Assembly (NCBI GenBank): GCA_043228905.1
Contig: JBHGNT010000021.1
Span: forward strand, 12,400,001 to 12,464,000
DNA from: Azolla caroliniana
Taxonomy: Eukaryota > Plantae > Polypodiophyta
Reading direction: 5' to 3'
DNA length: 64,000 nucleotides
The notes beneath the pieces were generated by a model. That model did no database searches, had not been told where the DNA came from, and worked only from the letters and a program-made list of their open reading frames with translations. This document shows, one piece after another, positions 47,664 through 59,222 of this stretch (position 1 is the stretch's first letter; every line of letters starts with the position of its first letter). The position numbers and the translations under genes were made by a program.

Positions 47664-48465
47664 GACAAAGGTGCTTCACCGGTTCAACATGTCGGAAGCA
47701 AGACCGGTCGGGTCAACCCTCCCGGCAAACTGCAAGCTGTCCAGCAAGCAAAGCCCCAAGACAAGGGCTGAGAAGGAGGACATGATGAAAGTACCATATG
47801 CCTCTGCCGTCGGAAGCTTGATGTACGCAATGGTGTGTACCCGACCAGACATTGGATACGCAGTCGGAGTGGTGAGCCGGTATATGAGTAATCCCGGCAA
47901 GGAGCACTGGAACGCGGTCAAATGGATACTCCGATACTTAAAGGGCACTTCGAACATGTGCCTCCGATTCGGCTCCGGTAAGCCCGAACTCGATGGATTT
48001 ACCGATTCGGACATGTCGGCTGATGCGGATACCAGCCGGTCTACATCAGGGTATGTAATGACATATGCAGGGGGAGCTGTTTCGTGGCAGTCGAGGTTGC
48101 AGAAGACGGTTGCGTTGTCAACCACGGAGGCGGAGTACATGGCGGCTGTTGAAGCCGGTAAGGAAATAATTTGGATGAAGGACTTCATTAGAGAGCTCGG
48201 TATCCGGCAGGAGGAGTACCGGCTCTACTGCGATAGTCAGAGTGCCATCCACCTTGCGAAGAACGCGGCCTACCATTCCCGGACGAAACACATCCAGCGT
48301 AGATACCACTGGATCCGGGAAAGGATAGAAGATAAAGAGCTCGTACTGACGAAGGTCCACACGGACGAGAACGGGTCGGATATGCTGACCAAGGTGCTCA
48401 CACCTGACAAGCTGGAAGCATGCCGGAAGAGGATCGGATTGGAGAGACATCCCATGCCGAAGTGA
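47664..48465 (+). pseudogene. Copia-4 RT C-terminus and RNase H (continuation after Gypsy-B)
   Basis: VTKVLHRFNM..YASAVGSLMY..TEAEY..CDSQSAIHL..KHIQRRYHWIRE..DMLTK. Confidence 0.93.
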
Positions 48466-49134
48466 AGGGGGAGTTTGTTGGGATTTCGGTCCCTCCGGAT
48501 GGGATGTCCGGAGATGAATGACGGCAAGCCCGGTTGCGGTTACGGAACCGGATGATGAAGAGTACCCGGCATGAAGCCGGATGAAGAGTACCCGGATACG
48601 GATCCGGATGATGAAGACCCCGGCTACGGAGCCGGATGTTGAAGACCCCAGCTATGGAGCCGGATGACGAATGTACCCGGAGAGAGATCCGGATGCGGGG
48701 ACATATTTGTGAATATGTTTGCCAAGAGCCCTTGAGGCTATATTTGTAAATAGCCCGAAAGTCATATGTGTATAAATATGACTTAGGGCAAACAGTTTGT
48801 AGTTGCTGCTCATTTTTCTGTTTTCCACGAAGAGGGAGCGAAGTGAGAGCAGCCGAGAGAGAGAGAGACGAAGAGGTCGTTGCCTCTGTGTATTGCCGCC
48901 GCCTGTGGTGAAGATAGTGAGCTCAAGGTTGTTGCCTTGTAGCTTCACCATTGTACATCTCTGTTTTAGTGATAGTTGGAGTTTGAGGACTCCCGTGGTT
49001 TTTCCCATTTAGGGTTTTCCACGTAAAACATCCAGTGTACTCTTCTCTCTACTGTCCTCGTGCACTTTGTATTTCCCGTTTTCTGTGAGTTGATCCTATT
49101 CCTCGGTTGTGGCCGAGCGCTATCTTCAACAGAA

Positions 49135-52100
49135 ATGGACAGGGGTATGGCTACGTTGCTCCCGGTGGAGAAGCTCGACAGAACCAACTACGCATCTTGG
49201 TCATACAAGATGCACCAGTACCTGCTTGGGCATGGCTACTGGAGTTATGTCGACCAAGTGAATGACTCAGCACCGGAGACGACACACAAGGACTTCCTAG
49301 TGTGGGAACAGGCGGCAAGCAGGGTGATGTATTGCTTCGCATCCAGTGTCGGTGACCAGCTGCTCAGCCATATCCGTGACGCCAAGACACCGAAGGATGC
49401 TTGGGGAAACTTGAAAAAGGTTTTCGCCGCAAGCACCACTGCCCGGAAGCTGCAACTCAAACAGGAGTTGAGCAATGTTCAACAAAAGAACATGTCGGTG
49501 GCAGATTACACAGCCCAGATCAAAGGGATCTGTGACTCGCTTGCCTCTATTAACGTCACCGTAGAGGAAGACGAGATGGTGCAGGTCTGTCTTGGAGGCC
49601 TGGCGTCATTTTTCGACTTACAGTTGATGCTCCTTGTAGAGGAGAACCACGTCGGTGCATCTACCAGTGCATCCCCAGACAGCCGAATGTTGTACACGGG
49701 AGCGGATCGGTCCCGCGGGCGTGGTGGACGAGGCAGGTCGGCACGCAATGGAGGTGGCCGGCAAGAGCAGGAATGAAGGCACGGTGAGCGTGTTGACAGC
49801 AGTTCCAGGACTTCCACAAGCAGAGGGAGTCAAGGTGGTGCCGGAGGCCGGCAAGACAAATCCGCTACGGAATGCTGGTACTGTGGCAAAAAGGGCCACA
49901 GGGAAAGCGAGTGTTGGAGAAAGCGTGCCGATTCGGACAAATCCGGATCTGGCAAGACCGATAAGGAAGGCCGGCAAAGCTCGCACTACGTAAACGGATC
50001 GGGAGGATCCAAGAACAGTAAGGGGTCAGCCTTGGTGATGAAGCACAAGGCAAACTCAATGAAGAAGACCACTTCCAAATCGGAGGAAGTGTGGTACGTT
50101 GACTCTGGCGCATCGAACCACATGACGAGCCACGGGGAGTGGTTCTCCTTTTTGGAGAAGCCGGATCAACCGGGAGTTGTCGAAACCGGAGACGACACTC
50201 CCCACCCGATCGTGCACGTCGGAGAAGTCCCTTTGAGCCACGTCAGACAGAGGGGGAAGCTGATGAATGTATTACATGTTCCGACGATCACGAAGAACCT
50301 GGTGTCGGTCAAACAGATCGTCGACTAGGGGATGCAGGTGCGGTTTACGCACCTCAGGTGCTTCATTGAGGATGAAGGCGAAGTTATTGTGCAAGGGCGC
50401 AGAGATGGGAGGATGTTTATCCTCAACACCAATGATGTCGGCACCGCACTGTTCGCCAAAGGACAGAAGGTCGAGTCGGATATCGACCTGTGGCACAAGC
50501 GGATCGGCCACGTCAACTACCGAAGGCTTCAAGACCTGCAAACAGAACAAGTCGTTTTCGGTTTGCTGAAGTTTAGCGGCCAGAGAGCCTAGATTTGTGA
50601 AGCCTGCCAACTCGGGAAGCAACACCGCCTTCCATTCCCCACCGAAAGAAATCTTATCCATTCGGATGTGTGGGGACCAGCACAAAATGTTAGCATTGGC
50701 GGGAGTCGATATTTTGTCTCCTTCATCGACGACTACACGCAACATACGTGGATCTACCTTATTGAGCGGAAGAGCAAAGTCTTCGAGTGTTTTCGAAGCC
50801 TCCAGAAGATGGTGGAACGGGAATCGGAGAGGAAGATCAAATGCCTATAGTCGGATGGCGAAAAAGAGTACTTTTCCAGCCAATTCAACAGCTATCTGCA
50901 ACAAAAAGGAATTCGGCGAGAATTCAGCTGCAGATACACACCGCAACAGAACGGTGTGGCCGAAAGGAAGAATCAGTCGCTGATTCACGTGGCTAGGGCA
51001 ATGCTGGAGGAAAAGAGTATGCCCAAGTTCTACCGGGCGGAGGCGGTCCAAACGGCCGTTTACATCCAGAACCAGATTGGGGACAAGGTGTTAGCTCACG
51101 AGCTGTATTCCGGGCGCAAGCCGAATTTGAGACACCTCCGGATATTCGGCAGCGTAGCCTATGTACATGTGACGGATGAGAAACGGAGAAAGTTGGATGC
51201 AAAATCGGAAAAATGCATCCTAGTCGGCTATGCTCAAGAGGAAAAAGGGTATAAGTGTTATAACCCCTGGACGAAGCAGGTTCGAGTCAGCCGAGATGTC
51301 GAGTTTGATGAACCGGCATCGTGGTATTCCTTACCAACTCCGACTTCCGATCCCCACCTGATGTCGGAGGATGGGGCTAGTGAGCCTGAACCGGCCCAGG
51401 TAGAGAAAGATGAAGCAGGGACTCAAGATGAGAGTCCGGAATCATTCCGGTTAAGCGGACCGAATGAGAGACTGGATCAGTCCAACCAGTCGGATGATGA
51501 GACGGCGAGTAGTGGAGACTTTGTCGTGCTCTCCCCGTGCAAGGAACCGAGGAGACGGTTCACACGCAAAGAGAAAGGGAAGCAGAAGATGCCAGAATTC
51601 GAGACTGGCAATGATGAGTTGGATCGGTGCGTATCTGACTTTGGCAAGGACATAGGCAAATCTTTGGGAACGAAGACCGAACTGGCCAAGAAGGGTCTCA
51701 TACCGGGTAACGGTGAGTTACGCCGGTCCACCCGCCAGAAGGATCTCGTTAAACAGTACGGGTATAACGAGTACATGGCGCATCATTATGCGTACATGAC
51801 CAAGGTCGCGGAAGTGCGTGAGCCGGAGAACTACGCAGAAGCGGCAAAGGATGCAAATTGGTGTGCCGCTATGGAGGAAGAAATGCGGGCACTGGATACC
51901 AACGGAACTTGGGACCTGGTTGACCCTCCCCGTCACTGTAAACCGATCGGATGCAAGTGGGTGTACAAGGTAAAGTACAATGTTGATGGTACAATTAACC
52001 GGTACAAGGCCCAGTTAGTGGCGAAGAGATATGCGCAGACCCACGGAATCGACTACGACGAGACCTTCGCTCCTGTAGCGAAGATGACGACAGTTCGTGT

Positions 52101-52971
52101 GGTACTGGCGGTTGCTGCGGCAAGGGGGTGACATCTTCATCAAATGGATGTGAAGAATGCCTTCCTTCAAGGAGATCTTGAAGAAGAAGTCTTTATGACT
52201 GAGCCCCCCGGATTTCAATCGGAGGTGAACAAGTCGACGGTATGCCGGCTGAGGAAGTCGTTGTACGGCTTGAAGCAAGCCCCCCGTGCTTGGAATGCTA
52301 AGATCACACACCGGTTGCGAAAGATGGGGTTTGTTGCCTCTAAGTCGAACTCTTCCCTGTTCATCCGTCAAGGCTCAAAGGTCCGGTATGTATCTTACTC
52401 GATGTTGATGATTTAGTCATCACCGGCCTAGGTCTTCCGGAAATCAACCGCGTCAAGTCCCAGTTGTCGGACACATTCGATATGAAGGACTTGGGGGACC
52501 TTCATTATTTTCTGGGGATCTAGGTGATCCGCACCCCCGACGGCATATTGCTTTCTCAACGCCATTATGTGTTGAATATATTGTACAAGTTTGGCATGAC
52601 GGAATGCCGACCTGTCTCCACACCCCTGAACCGGAATCAGAAGATCCGTCCCAACTCTGGACCAGCCAGCAATGAGAAAAGGTTTCGACAAATAGTCGGA
52701 AGCCTGATCTACTTGACCATCACCCGACCCGACATTAGCTATCCGGTCGGAGTGGTAAGCCAATTCATGCAGAAGCCGACCATGGAGCACCTTCAGTGCG
52801 CGCAACGAATACTGAGGTATGTCAACGGCACTAAGGACCGGGGGCTCTTATACCGGCAAGGTATAACCGAAGAGCTTGTTGGCTACACGGATGCCGACTG
52901 GGCTGGCGATGCAACGGATCATTGCTCAACTTCCGGCTTTATGTTTTCTCTTGGGAGCGCGGCTGTTGCGT
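49135..52971 (+). pseudogene. Copia-3 gag-PR-INT-RT, degenerate
   Basis: MDRGMATLLPVEKLDRTNYASW; WYVDSGASNHM; LWHKRIGH; NGVAER; KWVYKVK; MDVKNAFL; YTDADWAG; several stops and frameshifts. Confidence 0.92.
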
Positions 52972-53641
52972 TGTCGTGAAGAAAACCGTCCACAAGCGAA
53001 ATTGGTGCACCGGAGCGTAGGAACCGGCTCTTCATGCACGTACGCCTTATGTTGTACATAGAAGATTCTAGGTAGGTAGATTCGGTAGGTAGGAAGTTAA
53101 TGGGAAACGGCTCCTTCCTTGCCCATAAAAGGAGGGAGACGAGGAGGGGGGAAGGATCGCGGAATCAGAGAGGACGAAGTGCTGTCGGGTTGTCGGTCGA
53201 AGGCTTCTCTCTCTTCCATACTCCGTAGCTTCTCTCTATGCAGGGTTTCGGGAGGCTCGCGCTGCTCTGAGGAATGCCCGAGTGCTTCCGGTAGCACCTC
53301 CAACCTACTCCTTTCTTTCTGAGCGTTTACGAACAGGCATCGGCATCTGTTCGCCGGCCTGTTCGATTGTAACCGACTTCGTGCTTCTTGTTGTTTGTCT
53401 CTGTTAATATACACATACATACCTTCGTGTCTCTCTGTGTCGGTTTCCCGCTCGCGTCTTCGTGTCGAAGGGCCGTGTCCCTGTGGATCTATGCTTGCAC
53501 GTCGTGGGTCCCTTCCCTTCTCCTTTCTCTCTCGCTCTTCAGTACAAGACCCCCGAGGTCCCGCCTCATTCCACGCATCCGCGAGGAATACCTCGACATC
53601 TTGGTGAACCCGATGAGAAAGAGGCGGCAGAAGAGCAGAAG

Positions 53642-55768
53642 ATGAAGGGGTCGGATCTTGCGGAGGCCATGGCTTTGGCCGTGGATCGGATATTGAGCGC
53701 GCGCGAGGGCACCGGCGCCCTCGACAGAGCCATTGAGGTGGTCGTCGGTACGATCGGCCGGTTCAGCGGAAAGGATGCTACGAAGTATTTGGCGTCCTAC
53801 GGGGCAGAAATGTTGATGCGGGACATTCCGGAAGAGAGGTGTCTTGCCGGGTTCCCTCGAGTGGCGATGTCGAGCATCCATGCGGAGGTGCTTGAGGTAC
53901 GGGCGGAGAGCCATACCTGGGAGGAGTTCGAAGGCCGACTCCTAGAAAAATACGGGTTGGACGACGCGCTCCGGCTTTCGAAACGGGACTTCATGGAATG
54001 GGTGGAGTCCCCCGGCAAGGGAAGAAACGCGTCGGCACTCCTCCGGGAGTTTGAGGAACACTTTGCGCGCCTTTCGACGCTTGACCGAACCGTTCTGGAT
54101 ACGAGCCGGGTCCTACTGTTCGTCAAGTCGGTGGACGAGCGGGACCGGGATCAAGTCGGCTCCTTGCTAGAAACCGAAGACGGGCTGACGACCGACTGGG
54201 CTGCGGTTAAGAGAGTCTGTGGCCGTTTCGACAAACGGCGAGAATGGGCTGACAACGGGGCGACCGGAGCGGGCTCTGTCACAGCAAGGAGGCTTGAACC
54301 GGCACCACAAGGGCAAAGGGCAGAGACCCGGGAGTGGCTCGAAACCGGTTCAGCTCCGACCGGCATGGTCAATGACTCGTCCGGAGGAGCAGCGCTGGAG
54401 GAGTTGACGCGGGCGATAAAGGATCTCCAGATCGCCCAAACTCGAAGGGAAGGCAGCGAACCGGCTCGTGACCGACGGCCGGCAGCAGGGAACAGGTCCA
54501 TGTGGTGCGACGAGGTCGGCCACATTCGGAAGGACTGCGGCTATTTCGCAGAGGCGTTGAGGAACCGGGTGGTGTACCTGTGGGAAGGCCGGGTGCATGT
54601 CGGCGATACCAGAAGGGCCCTAAACCGAAACGACGGGCGAGGAGGTATGAAGAGACTGATGGAAGAGGCAGCGGCCCGACACGTGGAGGCCATCCACTAC
54701 TCGGCGTCGGCCGGTATTCGGGTCGGGGGCAGCGAGGCCCGAAAGGAGAGCAAAGACGGATTCTGGTCGGGAATGCTGGAAGGCCTCGCCGGCGCACGGC
54801 TGAGGAAAGATGAAGTGAACCGCGCTGAGAGACGGGTCCGGGAAATAACCGGGTGGAGCGACCCGGTCGAGGAGAAGACGGGCTTCGTAGAAGCCGCCTG
54901 CCGGAACTATGAGGCTCTGGTAGAAGACAAACGAGTGGGGAAAGCCGGAGCGGCCGGGCCCTCACAACGATACGAGACCCGATTCGGGCAACGACGGAAC
55001 GATGCCGGTGGGTCCGGCGCGCAAGATAACCCCAGGAAGGGCAGATACCGACTGGGGATGGAAATAGAAAGGACCACAGACCTACGAAAGGTCCTAGAAG
55101 AACGGATCCTCGACAGCAAAGTGGAGCTGTCATTGCGGGAGGTGCTAGGGATCGCTAAGAAGGAGTTCCACGACTCCATTGTGGACTTGGTGAAGCGGAA
55201 GAGGCTTTCGACGGAGACGGAACCGGAGAGACCGGTGGAGGTGCGGACAACGCACATCGACGACTTGGCGATGGAAGATGAGTGGGCGGAGAGCCACTAT
55301 TCGAGGCCACACTGGGCCCGAGCGACTACGGAGACCCCGGTAAAGATCGGAGATGTTCAGGAACCGGTGGTGGCATTGGTAGACCACGGTTCGGAAATAA
55401 ACCTGATGTCCATGGACTTCTATAAGAAGGGAAAGTGGCCGATCAACACCAAGCACGGGTGGAAGATACGGGCGGCGACGCGCGCCACCGAGGAACTGCA
55501 CGGGGCCTGCCCGAATGTGCGAGTCAAGATCGGCGACGTCGAGATTGACCAGCACTTCTTCGTACAGGAGACGTCCTCGCACCCGGTCATATTAGGGGAA
55601 CCATACATCACGGCGGCGCAGATGGAGACCAAAGTGCTACACAACGGTTCGGCCTACGCGAGGGTCAAAAGCCAGGACGGGCGCCATTCGGTCCAATTTC
55701 TGACGGTGCGACCGAACCACGAGCGAAACCACGAATCCCTCGGTGGCGAGAACCGGGAGGATTTTTAG
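53642..55768 (+). CDS. Gypsy-C gag-protease
   Basis: MKGSDLAEAM..(S)MWCDEVGHIRKDC..LVDHGSEIN..ENREDF*; open frame. Confidence 0.9.
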   Translation: MKGSDLAEAMALAVDRILSAREGTGALDRAIEVVVGTIGRFSGKDATKYLASYGAEMLMRDIPEERCLAGFPRVAMSSIHAEVLEVRAESHTWEEFEGRLLEKYGLDDALRLSKRDFMEWVESPGKGRNASALLREFEEHFARLSTLDRTVLDTSRVLLFVKSVDERDRDQVGSLLETEDGLTTDWAAVKRVCGRFDKRREWADNGATGAGSVTARRLEPAPQGQRAETREWLETGSAPTGMVNDSSGGAALEELTRAIKDLQIAQTRREGSEPARDRRPAAGNRSMWCDEVGHIRKDCGYFAEALRNRVVYLWEGRVHVGDTRRALNRNDGRGGMKRLMEEAAARHVEAIHYSASAGIRVGGSEARKESKDGFWSGMLEGLAGARLRKDEVNRAERRVREITGWSDPVEEKTGFVEAACRNYEALVEDKRVGKAGAAGPSQRYETRFGQRRNDAGGSGAQDNPRKGRYRLGMEIERTTDLRKVLEERILDSKVELSLREVLGIAKKEFHDSIVDLVKRKRLSTETEPERPVEVRTTHIDDLAMEDEWAESHYSRPHWARATTETPVKIGDVQEPVVALVDHGSEINLMSMDFYKKGKWPINTKHGWKIRAATRATEELHGACPNVRVKIGDVEIDQHFFVQETSSHPVILGEPYITAAQMETKVLHNGSAYARVKSQDGRHSVQFLTVRPNHERNHESLGGENREDF

Positions 55769-58700
55769 AGAGGGCTGCCAAGGCGTGGGGCCGAGACAAT
55801 CCAGACACTCGGGAAAGACCCCACAGTTGTACGATAAGTAGAAAATTTTGCTTCTCCAACAACGGAGGGTGTATGATAGTTGGCCGAGAAAAGGGAAGGG
55901 CGGAGGAGCGACTTCGAGCGTGCGGAGTTCTCGGCCCAAACGAGGAAATCAGCGGAGCCGTGGAGGCGGTCTCCTTCGACAACACCTTGGGGATGCTGAG
56001 GAAGGTAGCCGGAGAAGACCTTAACGAAGACCGAACGATACCGGTATGTTCCGAAGAGATGTACGAAGTCATCACGAACTTCAGTCAGGGGCTCGGGTCG
56101 GATCGGACGGCCCGGGTTAGCACGAAGTACAAGACTGTGGACCGGACGGTAAGGCCAGTCGCGGCACCCTTACCGGAGGGCAGCGAATCCCGAATCAGAG
56201 GGGTTGCGTCAGACCCCAGTTTACGAGATTCGGTCTGCATAGGACACACCTTCACCGACGGGACGCTCCGGGAGCTCAAAATCGGTGGGGGTGGGTTCCT
56301 ACTGCCGGCAGAGGAAGACCGGTTTCGGAGAATTCTCGGAAGGCACAGGAAAGCCTTCGCATTCTCACCGGGAGAGATCAGGTGCGTAGACCCGACAATC
56401 ATGGAGCCGATGGTGATATTCACGGTACCGCATGTGTCGTGGAATCTCAAGCCGATTCCAGTACCGAGAGCTCACATCCCGAAGTTGATGGAGCTATTGA
56501 GGCAGAAAGTTGACATGGGCATTCTCGAACCGTCAAGTGCCCCATACTCGAACCGATGGTTTACCGTACCAAAGAAAAACGGAACATTGCGCTTCATTCA
56601 AGACCTGCAGCCGGTCAACAGAGTGACCATTCAGAACGCAGGAATCGGACCGACCATAGACCAGTTCGCGGAGGCCTTCGCCGGAAGGTCGATTTATTCG
56701 GTCGGTGATCTGTACTCAGGGTACGACCAGTTCCAGCTAGCCGTGGAGAGCAGAGACATTACGACGATGCGAACTCCCCACGGCCTAGTGCGAATGTGTA
56801 CCCTGCCACATGGAGGGACCAACTCGGTGGCCCACATGGTGAATGCAATGAACAAGGTACTGAGGGATTGCATCCCGGACGTCACCATGCCATTTCTGGA
56901 CGATATCCCGATCAAGGGGTGCCCGGTGGAAGAGAAGGACGAGACACTCGGGCCGGACGGATGCCGGCGATTCGTGGCAACACACATCGACGACTGCGAG
57001 AGGGTGCTACAAAGGCTAGAGGGTGCGAGGCTCACCTTCTCCGGGGAGAAATCGGCCTTCGGGCAATCAGAAATCCTGGTGGTCGGACACCTATGTGGAC
57101 CATATGGCTGGAAGCCATCTCCGGCAAAGGTAGAAGCCATCTCCGCGATGAAGACCGACTGTAGCTCGGTTACGGAAGTTCGGAGGTTCCTGGGGGCATG
57201 CGCATTCTACCACATATGGATCCCGCATTACGCCCACGTTGCGGAGCCGCTATACGGGTTGCTGAAGAAGGGGCGAAAATTCGAGTGGCGGGACGAGCAC
57301 ACGGAGTCGGTCCGGAAGCTGAAGGAAGCTCTTGCGGCAGCACCGGCGCTCCGGAAGGCTGTCTACGAGAAGGGTACCCCGGTATACATAACGGTGGATA
57401 TGAGTCCGACCGGGATCGGATGGGTCGTCAACCAAGAAAATGAGGACGGCATTCGGTTCCCGACCCGATTCGGCGCAAAGGTCCTTAGTGAGCGACAATG
57501 AGGGTACGCCCAGGTTAAACGCGAACTCTGGGGTATCGCTTCGGCAGTAAAGGCCGACAAAGACTACCTGATCGGGACAGAAGTAATTATCAAGACGGAT
57601 TGCCTGCCGATTCTCGGCATGGTTTCCGGATGCGCGACACCGGACCTGGCGATGCTCAGGTGGATAGCGTACATCAAGTCCCTGGATCCGGAAATACGAC
57701 ACATTTCCGGAAAAGACAACGCCATGGCCGACATGCTTTCGAGGGCGAGGTTTGATGACGAGGGCGGCATGGTTTCGGAGGACGAAGAAGTCGGCGTGGA
57801 CTTCTTCGGAGCAGCGTACGTGACGACCGATGGGACGAGCACTCCGACACTTAACGACTTCGACGAGAGCAAGTACGACGGCGAGTGGCTACAGATCGGT
57901 GGGTTTTTGAGGACAATGACGCCGGATGCGTCATGGACGAGGGACGAGGCCAACCGGATCTGGAAGAAAGCATACCGATTCTTTCTCCGGGACGGATACT
58001 TATGGAAGCACCCGAAGAAGAGGAACGGCGTCCCGCTCCAGGTGGTGGCGACGAAGGAAGAACAGGAGGAGCTGCTGACGGCCTACCACAACAGCCCTTG
58101 GGCTGGACACCGTGGAACGTGGGCCACGTTCGAGAAGATAAAGGGGAAGTACTGGTGGCCGGGACTGTACCAGGACGTGCATTGGTTCGTGACAACTTGC
58201 GAGAGCTGTCAGATGCACTCCATAGTCCAACATCGGGACGAGCTTCACCCTACGTACCCTCCGACCATCCACTTCAAATGGATGGTAGACCTGGTGACGA
58301 TGTCGATGGGAGTAGGACAGATGCGGTATCTGGTCCTGGCTCGGGAAGATCTGACGAACCAGGTGGAAGGCCGAGCCCTTCAAAACAAAACAACCGCGGT
58401 CGTATGTCGGTTCCTGATCGAGAACGTGATATGCCGGTACGGGTGCGTCGGGAAGATCGTGGCTGATCGCGGGGAATTGGACGCCGAAGAGGCCGAGGAG
58501 TTGTTCGACCGGCTAGGAGTCAAGCTCTCGCTTACCACTACGTACAATCCAGAGGCGAATGGGAAGGTGGAGCGCGGACACGGACCGATCGTCAAGGCGT
58601 TAGTTCGGGCATCCGGAGGTCAAGTCGGGAACTGGCCGCGGCTGTTGCCTTACGCGTTGTGGGTGAACCGAACTACGCACAATTCGGTAACCGGATTCAT

Positions 58701-59222
58701 GCCGGCAGAGCTCATGTTTGGGCAGAGCCGATCATGCCAATGGAACGTACGATCTCCTCATGGGCAACCGCGGACTGGAAAGACGAGATGAGCCGGGAGG
58801 AACTGTTGACGGCGCGCATACGACAGCTCGAGCGAAGACCGGAGGACGTGGAGCAGGCTGCGGGAAAGCTTCGGGTGGCAAGGACGAGGAACAAAGCCCG
58901 GTTCGACCGGACGCACCGGCTCCGACCAAAGAAGATCGAGGAAGGCGACTGGGTGCTAGTATACGACAGCAGCCTCGACAACCAGCACCGAGCGACACGG
59001 AAGTTCGCAAGAAGGTGGTTCGGGCCTTACGTGGTCCGAAGCGCCAACGACAACGGGACGTACCATCTAGCGGAACTCGACGGCACGAGAATGGCGATAC
59101 CGGTAGCTGGGAAGCGGATCAAAGCGTTCAAGAAGCGTCACGACGACGAGCCGGATCCGGTTAACCTGGACCGCGACGACGAACGATCCGGAACCGAGGA
59201 AGAACCGACGGGCGGGGAATGA
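55759..59222 (+). pseudogene. Gypsy-C pol (-1 frame); premature TGA 57499-57501 and frameshift near 58725
   Basis: Colinear with Gypsy-B pol; ORF pieces 55873-57501, 57619-58791, 58659-59222. Confidence 0.92.

Larger units (their letters stand above)
30636..49131 (+). mobile_element. Ty1/Copia element 'Copia-4' (Tnt1/Tork-like, related to Copia-2), young, hosts Gypsy-B
   Basis: 656-bp LTRs 30636-31291 and 48476-49131 with about 6 substitutions by eye; 5-bp TSD gaaat; iMet PBS 31295-31306; PPT 48461-48475; ~30-bp tandem repeats in U3. Confidence 0.96.

Noticed and set aside
47572-48465. Stand-alone ORFs 47572-48465 and 59719-60744 as novel genes
   Set aside because: Chance fusions of Gypsy LTR sequence to the interrupted Copia RT/RNase H frames.
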